Shown here piece after piece: positions 38,645 to 47,559 of a stretch of DNA of 64,000 bases. The position numbers were made by a program, and so were the translations under genes. The notes beneath the pieces are model-generated. The model was not told the DNA's origin, ran no database searches, and saw only the letters and a list, made by a program, of their open reading frames with translations. The DNA lies in assembly GCA_019119365.1 (NCBI GenBank), contig DWXD01000035.1, forward strand, positions 9,271 to 73,270. Direction: 5' to 3'. Origin of the DNA: Candidatus Gemmiger stercoripullorum. Its GTDB lineage: Bacteria; Bacillota; Clostridia; Oscillospirales; Ruminococcaceae. The stretch's first letter is position 1; the number at the start of each line of letters is the position of its first letter.

Positions 38645-38691
38645 CCGGCATGACCAAGATTGTACAAGTTCAAGGAAGGAATGTGATCCCG

Positions 38692-39564
38692 ATGGCGACC
38701 ATCTCGCAACTGTTTGCGCAAAAGCGCTGCGTCTTTTCGATCGAGTGTTTCCCGCCCAAGCAGACAACCAAATTCCCCGCCATGCAGCAGACGCTGCGCC
38801 AGATGAAGGACCTGCACCCCGGCTTTATCAGCGTTACTTACGGTGCGGGCGGCAGCGGGGGCGGCGTGTCCACCGTCGAGGTGGCCTCCTTCCTCAAAAA
38901 CGAGCTGCAGGTCGAACCGCTCGCCCACATCCTGTGCATGGGCAGCGATAAGGTGAAAGCGGCCGCCCTGCTCGATGAGCTCGAGGCCGCCGGGGTCACC
39001 AGTGTGCTGACGCTGCGCGGCGACCGCACGCCGCTGCGCCCCGAAAGCCCGGACTTTGTCCATGCGTGCGATCTGGCGGCGTTTGTCCGCGCGCAGAAAC
39101 CTTCGTTTGGCATCCACGCCGCCTGCTACCCGGAAGGCCACCCCGAAGCGCCGAGTCTTGCGCAGGATGTTGAAAACCTGCGCTGCAAGCAGCAGGCCGG
39201 GGCCACGCATCTGCTCACGCAGCTGTTTTTTGACAACGGCAAATTTTACCGCTTTCTCAACCTTGCGCGCCGCGCGGGCATCACGCTCCCGGTTTCGGCC
39301 GGCGTCATGCCCATCGTGCGCCGCAGCCAGATCGAGCGCACCGTCGCGCTGTCCAGCGCGAGCCTGCCGTCGGATTTCACCCGCATGATCGCCCGCTGGC
39401 AGGACGACCCCGAATCGCTGCGCCGCGCGGGCATCGAATATGCCGTCTCCCAGCTGCGCGATCTGATCGAAGGAGGCGCGGACGGCGTGCACCTCTATGC
39501 CATGAACGACGCCGGGGTGGCGGCCGATGTCTATGCGGGCATCCGCGACCTGCTGGAGCCGTAA
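38692..39564 (+). CDS. metF: 5,10-methylenetetrahydrofolate reductase
   Basis: SIECFPPK, FISVTYGAGGS, LRGD, ACYPEGHPE, TQLFFDN, GVHLYAMN; alternative start 38650. Confidence 0.93.
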   Translation: MATISQLFAQKRCVFSIECFPPKQTTKFPAMQQTLRQMKDLHPGFISVTYGAGGSGGGVSTVEVASFLKNELQVEPLAHILCMGSDKVKAAALLDELEAAGVTSVLTLRGDRTPLRPESPDFVHACDLAAFVRAQKPSFGIHAACYPEGHPEAPSLAQDVENLRCKQQAGATHLLTQLFFDNGKFYRFLNLARRAGITLPVSAGVMPIVRRSQIERTVALSSASLPSDFTRMIARWQDDPESLRRAGIEYAVSQLRDLIEGGADGVHLYAMNDAGVAADVYAGIRDLLEP

Positions 39565-39567
39565 GCC

Positions 39568-40224
39568 ATGGAGATCGCATATCGCCCCGCAGACCGCCGC
39601 CTGGTGCTGCGGTATCTCGGCGCGGCGGGCTGGGCGCCGGACGCCGCCACCGCCGTGCTGCTCGACAAAGCCGAAGCGCTGGTGCGGCAGGCGGCCACGC
39701 CGCGCGGCATCTGGCGGCCGCTGCCGCTGGCTGCGCTCGATCTGCAAGCGGCGGGCGGCGACCTTGCCCGCCACCTGCAGGGCTGCCGGAGCCTCGTTTA
39801 CATGGCGGCGACGCTCGGCACCGGGGTGGATGCGCTGCTGCGCCGCCTGGAAGTGACCGATATTGCGCTGTGCGCGGCGGCCGATGCGACGGCGTCCGCT
39901 GCCATTGAGCCGGTCTGCGACGCCGTAGAGGCGGACGCCCGCGCCCGGGTGCAGGCGCAGGGAAATTTTATGACCGGGCGCTATTCGCCGGGGTACGGCG
40001 ATTGTCCGCTTGATTTGCAGGCGGAGCTGTGCCGCGCGCTTGACACGCCGCGCGGCATCGGCCTGACCGTCACGCCGCAAAAGCTGCTGGTCCCGCGCAA
40101 AAGCGTGACCGCCATCCTCGGCGTTGCCGACCATCCCGTTGCCGGGGCCCGCGCTGGCTGCGCCCACTGCCTGCTGCGCGAAACCTGCGCTTACCGAAAG
40201 AGGGGAACGACCTGTGCGAATTGA
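39568..40224 (+). CDS. Stand-alone B12-dependent methionine synthase activation-domain protein
   Basis: MAATLG.GVD, GRYSPGYGD.PL, L.P.KSVTAILG, C-terminal C..C....C. Confidence 0.85.
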   Translation: MEIAYRPADRRLVLRYLGAAGWAPDAATAVLLDKAEALVRQAATPRGIWRPLPLAALDLQAAGGDLARHLQGCRSLVYMAATLGTGVDALLRRLEVTDIALCAAADATASAAIEPVCDAVEADARARVQAQGNFMTGRYSPGYGDCPLDLQAELCRALDTPRGIGLTVTPQKLLVPRKSVTAILGVADHPVAGARAGCAHCLLRETCAYRKRGTTCAN

Positions 40225-42622
40225 AGAACTGTTTGACCGCCGCCGCTTTATCATCCTGGACGGCGGCATGGGCACCCAGCTGCAGCAGTGCGGTTTGCAG
40301 CCCGGCCAACTGCCGGAGCTGGCCGCGTTCACGATGCCGCGCACGCTCGAGGCCATCCACCGCGATTATGCCGCGGCGGGGGCGGATGTTCTGCTGGCCA
40401 ACACCTTTGGCATCAACGAAAAAAAGCTCGAAGGCAGCGGCTATCGTGTGGAGCAGGCCGTGGCGGCCTCGGTCGCCTGCGCGCGCCGCGCCGCGGCGCC
40501 GTCCGGCGCGCTGGTCGCGCTGGACATCGGCCCCCTGGGCGAGCTGCTGCAGCCGGCCGGTTCGCTCTCTTTTGCCGAGGCCTGCCGCCGGTTTTCCGTG
40601 GTCGTGCGCGCCGGGGCGGCGGCCGGGGCGGACCTCATCGTGATCGAGACGATGACCGACCTCTACGAGCTCAAGGCCGCCCTGCTGGCCGCCAAAGAAA
40701 ACAGCAGCCTGCCGGTGCTGGCTTCCATGAGCTTTGAAAGCCGCGGCCGCACCTTCACCGGCTGCACCGTCGAAAGTTTTGGCATCACGGCGGCGGGTCT
40801 CGGCGCGGCAGCCGTGGGCATCAACTGCTCGCTCGGCCCGGCCGAGATCCTGCCGTTCGCAAAGCGTCTGTGCCGGGTGGTCCCGGCCGGGGTGCCGGTG
40901 TTTGTCAAGCCCAACGCGGGCCTGCCCAACCCGGACGGCAGCTATGACCTGGATGCGGAAGGCTTCGCCGCGGCCATGCAGGCGTATGCGGCTTCGGGCG
41001 TTTCCATCGTCGGCGGCTGCTGCGGCACCACGCCCGGCTATATCCGCCGCCTGAAAGAAACTTTCGCCCCGCTGGTCCCGGCGCAGAAAATCCCTGTGCG
41101 CGCCAGCCGCCTGTGCTCGCCGGTGCGCTGTGTCGAAGTCGGCGGCGTTACGGTCGTCGGCGAACGCATCAACCCCACCGGCAAAAAGCGGCTGCAGCAG
41201 GCCCTGCGGGAAGGGGACAGCGCCTATGCCTGCGCCCAGGCGGTGGCCCAGGCCGAAGCGGGGGCCGAACTGCTCGATGTCAACGCCGGGCTGCCCGGTA
41301 TCGATGAAGCCGCCACGCTGGAGCGTCTGGTCCAGCAGATCCAGGCCGTCACCGACCTGCCGCTGCAGCTGGATTCCACCGACCCGGCCGCGCTCGAACG
41401 CGCGCTGCGTGTTTATAACGGCAAGCCGGTCGTCAACTCAGTCAACGGCGAGCAGAAATCGCTCGATACGATTTTGCCGCTGTGCAAAAAGTACGGCGCG
41501 GCCGTCGTCGGCCTCACGCTGGACGAACACGGCATCCCGCCGACGGCCGAGGGACGCCTGGCCATTGCGCGGCGCATCGCCGCCGCAGCCGACGCCGCCG
41601 GTATCCCGCGGGAGGACGTTTACATCGACTGCCTGACGCTGACCGTTTCGGCCGAGCAGGACGCTGCGGCCGAAACGCTGCGCGCGCTGGCGCTGTGCAA
41701 GCGCGAACTGGGCGTGCGCACGGTGCTGGGCGTGTCCAACATCAGTTTCGGGCTGCCTTGCCGCGGCTATATGAACACGGCTTTCCTCACGCTGGCCATG
41801 CAGGCCGGGCTCGATCTGGCGATCATGAACCCCAACACACCCGAGATGATGGCCGCCGTGCGCGCCTACCGTGTGCTGACCGGGCAGGATGCGCGCTGCG
41901 CCGCCTATGTCGAAGCCTATGCGGGCCAGCAGCTGCAGACGGTGGCCGTTGCGTCCGCCGCACAGGGGCAGCCCGCTGCCCCGGCACAGGGCGGGGACGC
42001 GCTGGCCGAAGCGATCCGCCGCGGTCTCAAAGCCGAGGCAGGGGCGGCCGCGGCCGAGGCGCTCAAGACCCGCGCGCCGCTTGACCTTGTCAACGGCTCG
42101 CTGATCCCGGCGCTCGACGCAGTGGGGGACGGCTTTGAAAAAGGCACGCTGTTCCTACCGCAGCTTTTGCAGGCGGCTGCCGCGGCGCAGGCTGCGTTCG
42201 AGGCGGTCAAAAATGCGATTGCGGCCACCGCGCAGGGCGATGCGCCCGCGCGCGGGCGCATCGTGCTCGCCACAGTCAAGGGCGATATCCACGACATCGG
42301 CAAGAACATCGTGCGCGTCATCCTCGAAAATTACGGGTATGACGTCACCGACCTTGGCCGCGATGTTGCGCCCGAAACCGTCGTTGAAGCGGTACGCCGC
42401 ACCGGCGCGCCGCTTGTCGGCCTCTCGGCGCTGATGACGACGACGGTGCCCAGCATGGAGGCCACGATCGCCGCGCTGCGCGCCGCCGGTCTGCCCTGCC
42501 GGATCATGGTCGGCGGCGCGGTGCTGACGCCCTCCTACGCCGAAAAGATCGGCGCAGACTTTTACGCCAAAGACGCCAAAGCCAGCGCCGACATTGCCAA
42601 ACAGGTGTTTGCGGAACGGTAA
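40214..42622 (+). CDS. metH: B12-dependent methionine synthase (Hcy-binding + pterin-binding + cobalamin-binding domains, no activation domain)
   Basis: LDGGMGT, GINCSLGP, KPNAGLP, GGCCGTT, GERINPTGKK, GVSNISFGLP, VKGDIHDIGKNIV, SALMTTT, MVGGA; GTG start 40214. Confidence 0.9.
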   Translation: MRIEELFDRRRFIILDGGMGTQLQQCGLQPGQLPELAAFTMPRTLEAIHRDYAAAGADVLLANTFGINEKKLEGSGYRVEQAVAASVACARRAAAPSGALVALDIGPLGELLQPAGSLSFAEACRRFSVVVRAGAAAGADLIVIETMTDLYELKAALLAAKENSSLPVLASMSFESRGRTFTGCTVESFGITAAGLGAAAVGINCSLGPAEILPFAKRLCRVVPAGVPVFVKPNAGLPNPDGSYDLDAEGFAAAMQAYAASGVSIVGGCCGTTPGYIRRLKETFAPLVPAQKIPVRASRLCSPVRCVEVGGVTVVGERINPTGKKRLQQALREGDSAYACAQAVAQAEAGAELLDVNAGLPGIDEAATLERLVQQIQAVTDLPLQLDSTDPAALERALRVYNGKPVVNSVNGEQKSLDTILPLCKKYGAAVVGLTLDEHGIPPTAEGRLAIARRIAAAADAAGIPREDVYIDCLTLTVSAEQDAAAETLRALALCKRELGVRTVLGVSNISFGLPCRGYMNTAFLTLAMQAGLDLAIMNPNTPEMMAAVRAYRVLTGQDARCAAYVEAYAGQQLQTVAVASAAQGQPAAPAQGGDALAEAIRRGLKAEAGAAAAEALKTRAPLDLVNGSLIPALDAVGDGFEKGTLFLPQLLQAAAAAQAAFEAVKNAIAATAQGDAPARGRIVLATVKGDIHDIGKNIVRVILENYGYDVTDLGRDVAPETVVEAVRRTGAPLVGLSALMTTTVPSMEATIAALRAAGLPCRIMVGGAVLTPSYAEKIGADFYAKDAKASADIAKQVFAER

Positions 42623-42643
42623 AAATATCTTTGGATACCAAAC

Positions 42644-42699
42644 AAAAACGGGACCCTGCAGGTTTTGCACCTGCAGGTTTTGCAGGGCCCCGTTTTTTT
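42644..42699. terminator. Bidirectional terminator between metH and recR, containing a 15-bp tandem duplication
   Basis: AAAAACGGGACCCTGCA...TGCAGGGCCCCGTTTTTTT; CCTGCAGGTTTTGCA repeated at 42655-42669 and 42670-42684. Confidence 0.75.
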
Positions 42700-42703
42700 G
42701 GGG

Positions 42704-43300
42704 TTACAGTTCGCCGCGGCCTTCCATGGCGCGGTAGAGCGTCGTTTCGTCGGCAAATTCCAGGCTGCTGCCCACCGGCAGGCCATAAGCCAGGCGGGTC
42801 ACGCGCACGCCCAGCGGCTTGATGAGCTTGGCCAGATACATTGCCGTGGCTTCGCCCTCGACGGTCGGGCTGGTGGCCATGATGACCTCCTTGACCGCAT
42901 CGTTTAGGCGGGCCAGCAGCTCCTTGACGCAGAGCTGGTCGGCGCCGATGCCGTCCATCGGCGAGATCAGGCCGTGCAGCACATGGTACAGGCCGTTGTA
43001 TTCATGCGTGCGCTCAATGGCCTTGATGTCGCGCGGGGATTCCACCACGCAGATGATGGAGCGGTCCCGCTTGGGGGAGGAGCAGATCGGGCATACTTCG
43101 CCGGCCGTATAATCCTGGCACAGCCGGCAGCGGTGCAGCCCGGTCTTGGCCGCCTCGATGGCCTTGGCCAGCTGCATGGCCTGCTCGTTGGACATCGACA
43201 TCACTTCATACGCCATGCGGGTCGCGCCCTTGCGGCCAATGCCGGGGAAGCGCGCAAACTGGTCGATCAGATTTTCCAGCGGTTCCGGGGTCTGCTGCAT
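42704..43300 (-). CDS. recR: Recombination mediator RecR
   Basis: PGIGRK.A.R, C..C....C..C zinc finger, ICVVE, YHVLHGLISP, TVEGEATA, GLPVG..LEFAD. Confidence 0.97.
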   Translation of the reverse strand: MQQTPEPLENLIDQFARFPGIGRKGATRMAYEVMSMSNEQAMQLAKAIEAAKTGLHRCRLCQDYTAGEVCPICSSPKRDRSIICVVESPRDIKAIERTHEYNGLYHVLHGLISPMDGIGADQLCVKELLARLNDAVKEVIMATSPTVEGEATAMYLAKLIKPLGVRVTRLAYGLPVGSSLEFADETTLYRAMEGRGEL

Positions 43301-43311
43301 GGTGTGCCCCC

Positions 43312-43653
43312 TCAGCCCAGGCCGGGGATGTTCATGCCGCCGGTCATCTTGGACATTTCTTCTTCCGAATCCTTATCCACCGCGGTGCAGGCGCTGTTGA
43401 CGGCCGCGGCGATCAGGTCTTCCAGCATCTCGATATCGTCGGGGTCGACAGCCTCCGGCTTGATCTTGACGGCCGTCACCTCGTGCTTGCCGGTCATCGT
43501 CACACTGACCAGCTCGCCGCTGGCGGTGCCGGTGTATTCGCGCGCTTCAAGCTCGGCCTGTTTGGCGCGGATATCGTCCTGCATCTTCTGGACCTGGCGC
43601 ATCATCGCCTGCGGGTCGGGGCGGCCGTAGCCTTTGGGAAGTCTTGCTTTCAT
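43312..43653 (-). CDS. ybaB: YbaB/EbfC nucleoid-associated protein
   Basis: MMRQVQKMQ, GTASGELV.V...G, DDIEMLEDLI.AAVN; between dnaX and recR. Confidence 0.93.
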   Translation of the reverse strand: MKARLPKGYGRPDPQAMMRQVQKMQDDIRAKQAELEAREYTGTASGELVSVTMTGKHEVTAVKIKPEAVDPDDIEMLEDLIAAAVNSACTAVDKDSEEEMSKMTGGMNIPGLG

Positions 43654-43711
43654 GCGGTTTTCTCCTTTTTGAATGACATGTTTTGTATAGGGGCGGATAC
43701 AGGGCGCGGCG

Positions 43712-45385
43712 TCACTTTTCTTCGATCTGGACTTCCACGCCCAGGTCCTGCATCTGTTTGAGCGTCTCGTCCACCGAGACGGCGGGGGAGTCCGGCTGCT
43801 CCTGTCTGGGGGCCTCATACGGGCCGATGAAGCAGTTCAGGTGTGTGACCTGGTAGATGGTCTCCTTGATCTGTTTGGAGACGTCCTTGTTTTTTTTGAT
43901 ATAGTCGCGGAATGCGTCGCTGCACTCAAACAGAACGCGGCGGCCGTCGTAATAAGCGCGGGTGCCCTGCAAAAAAGAGTAGAGCATCGCATCGCTCTCC
44001 GCAATGACTTCGAGCACGGCCGACCACTGCGGGAACGGCTGCGGCGGCCCGGCCGGGGCGCTCGGCTTGGGCCGGGCGGCTTTCTGCGGCGCAGGGGCCG
44101 GGGCGGGGGAGGGCTGTTCGGGCAGCGGCGGAAGCTCCGGTTCAAAAACCGGCGGCTCGCCCACGACCGGCGGCGGTGTGCCTGCCTCCTGTACGGGCGG
44201 GATCGTGACCGGGCCCGGTGCGGCCGCCGTGGCCACAAACGGCGTGGGACCGGCGGCAAACGGCTGGGCCGCCGGGGCGGCGGCCTGCACGACTGTGGCG
44301 GGCGCGGCTTCCGGCTGCGTCAGCGAGAAAACGGCCAGCTCCAGCTCAATGCGCTGATCGGTGCCGCGGGCCATCTTCTCCAGCGCCGCGCCAAAAGCGT
44401 TGATCGCGCGCACGGCCTGCCGCTGGGGGAAATCTTTGCGCGCCTGGTAGGCGGCTTCCTCTTCGGGCGAGGTGCCGGTCAGCAGTTCGTTGCCGCCGGG
44501 CAGGGCGCACAGCATCAGGTTGCGGTAATGCGCGGCCAGCTCCATGCACAGCCGCCGCATGTCCACCGACTGCTGCCGCAGCCGCGCGATCTCTTCCAGG
44601 GCTTTGACCGAATCGCCTGCGGCGATCGCATCGCTGATCTCAAACAGATACTGCCGGTCGGTCACGCCCGCCATGCGGCGCACCAGCGCTTCGTCCACAG
44701 TGTTGGAAACACCGGCGCAGGTGTCCAGGATCGAGAGCGCGTCGCGCATTGCGCCGTCGGCCAAGCGTCCGATCAGCTCGGCCGCCGCGGGGTCAAGCTC
44801 GATCTTTTCCTCCCCGGCCACATATTCGAGCCGCCCGGCAATGTCTTTGGCCGTGATGCGTGCAAAGTCGTACCGCTGGCAGCGCGAAAGAATGGTGGCG
44901 GGGACCTTTTGCACCTCAGTGGTCGCCAGGATGAAGATGACGTGCTCGGGCGGTTCCTCCATCGTTTTGAGCAGCGCGTTGAAGGCCGACGTGCTCAGCA
45001 TGTGCACCTCGTCGATGATATACACCTTGTAGCGGCACATGGCGGGCAGGTAGGCGGTCTCGTCGCGCAGGTCGCGGATATCGTCGACGCTGTTGTTGGA
45101 AGCGGCGTCGATCTCCGAAACATCCAGCACGGTGCCTTCGTCAATGCCCTTGCACACCGCGCACTCGCCGCAGGGGTCCGGGCTTGTGGTATCCAGACAG
45201 TTGACCGCCTTGGCAAAGATCTTTGCGCAGGAGGTCTTGCCGGTGCCGCGCGTGCCGGTGAACAGATAAGCGTGGCCGATGCGCCCGGCGGCGATCTGGT
45301 TCTGCAGCGCCGTCACAATGGGCTGCTGGCCCACCACATCGGCAAAGCGGCGCGGCCGCCATTTGCGGTATAGCGCACGATACAA
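43712..45385 (-). CDS. dnaX: DNA polymerase III subunit gamma/tau
   Basis: LYRKWRP..F..VVGQ, GTRGTGKTS, EIDAASN, IIDEVHML, TILSRCQR; TTG start 45385. Confidence 0.96.
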   Translation of the reverse strand: MYRALYRKWRPRRFADVVGQQPIVTALQNQIAAGRIGHAYLFTGTRGTGKTSCAKIFAKAVNCLDTTSPDPCGECAVCKGIDEGTVLDVSEIDAASNNSVDDIRDLRDETAYLPAMCRYKVYIIDEVHMLSTSAFNALLKTMEEPPEHVIFILATTEVQKVPATILSRCQRYDFARITAKDIAGRLEYVAGEEKIELDPAAAELIGRLADGAMRDALSILDTCAGVSNTVDEALVRRMAGVTDRQYLFEISDAIAAGDSVKALEEIARLRQQSVDMRRLCMELAAHYRNLMLCALPGGNELLTGTSPEEEAAYQARKDFPQRQAVRAINAFGAALEKMARGTDQRIELELAVFSLTQPEAAPATVVQAAAPAAQPFAAGPTPFVATAAAPGPVTIPPVQEAGTPPPVVGEPPVFEPELPPLPEQPSPAPAPAPQKAARPKPSAPAGPPQPFPQWSAVLEVIAESDAMLYSFLQGTRAYYDGRRVLFECSDAFRDYIKKNKDVSKQIKETIYQVTHLNCFIGPYEAPRQEQPDSPAVSVDETLKQMQDLGVEVQIEEK

Positions 45386-45424
45386 GGGGAAACACCCGCC
45401 TTTCTGTTCTGTCTGCAGCGTAGC

Positions 45425-45609
45425 AAAAAGGACAGGGCCGCGCGGGTGTGCCCCGCGGTTGTGCTGTTCTGCATACGGATGCAGGCTTGCCGCGGCGCCG
45501 GGACGCCTGCGCTTAATGCTGCTCGGTTCCCCGCCTGACATGGTTCACGCGGGTCCCGCGCACGGGGCCCACATCCGTATGCAGAACAGCGCAAAGTGCC
45601 CTGTCCGCT
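45425..45609 (-). ncRNA. ffs: Signal recognition particle RNA
   Basis: Minus strand GAACCATGTCAGG-CGG-GGAA-CCG-AGCAGCATTAAG (helix 8 domain); perfect 19-bp basal stem (45463-45481 with 45572-45590); upstream of dnaX as in B. subtilis. Ends inferred from the promoter and U-tract. Confidence 0.93.
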
Positions 45610-45615
45610 TTTAGT

Positions 45616-45644
45616 ATTATACAATACTCCGCCTGCAATTGCAA
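45616..45644 (-). promoter_or_regulatory. Sigma-A promoter of SRP RNA
   Basis: Minus strand TTGCAA-17 nt-TATAAT. Confidence 0.75.
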
Positions 45645-45691
45645 GGGAAAAACTTTGCGCCGCGCAGTCGGGCCGGCAGCGGCATTTTGTC

Positions 45692-45720
45692 TTGCAAAAC
45701 GTCACATTGGATAGTATAAT
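45692..45720 (+). promoter_or_regulatory. Sigma-A promoter of the yicC-remA-gmk-priA cluster
   Basis: TTGCAA-17 nt-TATAAT. Confidence 0.75.
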
Positions 45721-45770
45721 AAATTGGATACCCTTCAGGAATTCATCGCAACAGTGTGAGGGAATAATCT

Positions 45771-46649
45771 ATGGTATTGAGTATGACAGGTTACGGCCGC
45801 GCCCAGCAGGTGCTTGGCGGCCGCGAGATCACGGTGGAGCTGCGCAGCGTCAACGCCCGCTACTTTGAATATTCGTCCCGCCTGCCGCGTACCTGCGCCT
45901 TTTTAGAAGACCCGCTCAAGCGCTTGACGGCGGAGAAAGTCCACCGCGGCAAGGTCGAACTGGCCCTGACCATCCAGAACGTGACCGCGTCGGACGCCGT
46001 TGTGCAGGCTGACTATGCGCTGGCCGAAAGCTACCGCCGGGCGCTGGCCGCGCTGGCGCAGCGGCTGGATGTCAAGGACGACGTCACGGTCATGGCGCTG
46101 GCGCGTTTCCCCGATGTGCTTACCCAGACGGCCGCCCCGGCAGACCCGGACGCCCTGTGGGCCGATGTTTCGGCCGTGGCGGGCCAGGCGCTGGAAGCGT
46201 TCGTCGGTATGCGCGCGGCGGAAGGCGCGAAGCTCAAGGCCGATGTCGAAAGCCGCCTTGCGGTGGTCGAAGACCTTGTCGGGCAGATCGAACAGGGCAG
46301 CGCCGGGCGCGTGCAGGCATACACCGAACGCCTTTACGCCCGCCTGCAGGAACTGCTGGCCGACCGCAGCATCGACGAGGCCCGCATCCTGACCGAAGCC
46401 GCCCTGTTTGCCGACAAGACCGCCATTGACGAAGAGACTGTGCGCCTGCACAGCCATGTGGCGCAGTTCCGCGAAATTTTACAGCTGGAAGAACCCATCG
46501 GCCGCAAGCTCGATTTCCTCACCCAGGAGCTCAACCGCGAAGCCAACACGATCGGCTCCAAATGCCAGGACGCGGCCCTGACCCGCCTGGTGGTCACGCT
46601 CAAGAGCGAGATCGAAAAGATCCGCGAGCAGATCCAGAACATTGAGTGA
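45771..46649 (+). CDS. yicC: YicC/YloC-family endoribonuclease
   Basis: SMTGYGR, ELRSVN.RY, EE..RL.SH, GRKLDFL.QELNREANTIGSK, EKIREQIQNIE. Confidence 0.95.
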   Translation: MVLSMTGYGRAQQVLGGREITVELRSVNARYFEYSSRLPRTCAFLEDPLKRLTAEKVHRGKVELALTIQNVTASDAVVQADYALAESYRRALAALAQRLDVKDDVTVMALARFPDVLTQTAAPADPDALWADVSAVAGQALEAFVGMRAAEGAKLKADVESRLAVVEDLVGQIEQGSAGRVQAYTERLYARLQELLADRSIDEARILTEAALFADKTAIDEETVRLHSHVAQFREILQLEEPIGRKLDFLTQELNREANTIGSKCQDAALTRLVVTLKSEIEKIREQIQNIE

Positions 46650-46658
46650 GGCGGCGGT

Positions 46659-46916
46659 ATGAAACTGATCAACATTGGCTTTGGCAACCTGGTCAACGCC
46701 GACCGCCTTGTAGCGGCCGTCAGCCCGGAATCGGCGCCCATCAAGCGCATCGTGCAGGAGGCCAAGGAGCGCGGCGCCGCCATTGACGCCACCTACGGCC
46801 GCCGCACCCAGGCGGTGCTCATCATGGATTCGGACCATGTGGTGCTTTCGGCTTTCCCGCCGGAAAAGCTGCTGGCCCGTGCCGAGGACGGCAAAGACCC
46901 CGCCCATGGGCAGTGA
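46659..46916 (+). CDS. remA: RemA/DUF370-family regulator
   Basis: [28 protein letters not shown]. Confidence 0.93.
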   Translation: MKLINIGFGNLVNADRLVAAVSPESAPIKRIVQEAKERGAAIDATYGRRTQAVLIMDSDHVVLSAFPPEKLLARAEDGKDPAHGQ

Positions 46917-46965
46917 TTTTTGATAAAAGAAGTATCAGACGAAATTTTGGGGGATAGTACATACC

Positions 46966-47538
46966 ATGAAAGGTGAAAAATACCTGTTTGTTGTTTCCGG
47001 CCCTTCGGGCACCGGCAAGGATACGGTCGTCAGCAAGCTGCTGGGCGACCATAAGGAAATCAAAAAAACCGTTTCGGCCACGACCCGCGCGATGCGCGAG
47101 GGCGAGGTGGACGGCGTCAGCTACCATTTTCTGACAAAAGATCAGTTCAAACAGTCGCTCGAAGCGGACGGCATCGTTGAATACACCTGCTACTGCGACA
47201 ACTATTACGGCACGCTGCGCTCGGAGATCGAGCGCCGCATGCAGGCCAAACAGCCGGTGATCCTGGTCATCGAGGTTGAAGGCGCGACCAACATCAAAAA
47301 GCTGTATCCCGGTTCCACCACCATCTTTGTGCTGCCGCCCAATATGGAGGAACTCGAACGCCGCCTGCGCCTGCGCGGCAGCGAGGATGAGGAGACGATC
47401 CAGAAGCGCCTGCGCCGCGCCGAGACCGAGATCGCGCGTTCGGCCAATTATGATGAGCATGTCATCAACGATGTGGTCGAGGACTGTGCCGACCGCATCT
47501 TTACCATCATCCAGAACCGTCTGGCCAAGCCGGAATGA
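46966..47538 (+). CDS. gmk: Guanylate kinase
   Basis: SGPSGTGKDT, SATTR..R.GE.DG..Y.F, NYYGT, IFVLPP. Confidence 0.96.
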   Translation: MKGEKYLFVVSGPSGTGKDTVVSKLLGDHKEIKKTVSATTRAMREGEVDGVSYHFLTKDQFKQSLEADGIVEYTCYCDNYYGTLRSEIERRMQAKQPVILVIEVEGATNIKKLYPGSTTIFVLPPNMEELERRLRLRGSEDEETIQKRLRRAETEIARSANYDEHVINDVVEDCADRIFTIIQNRLAKPE

Positions 47539-47559
47539 CCGAGGGGAGGGCGCCGTTTC

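Noticed and set aside
43890-43897. A8 run (A AAA AAC slippery heptamer) in dnaX as a gamma-subunit frameshift site
   Set aside because: It lies only ~60 codons from the stop, with no upstream SD-like element or evident downstream hairpin; most likely just Lys-Lys-Asn codons.
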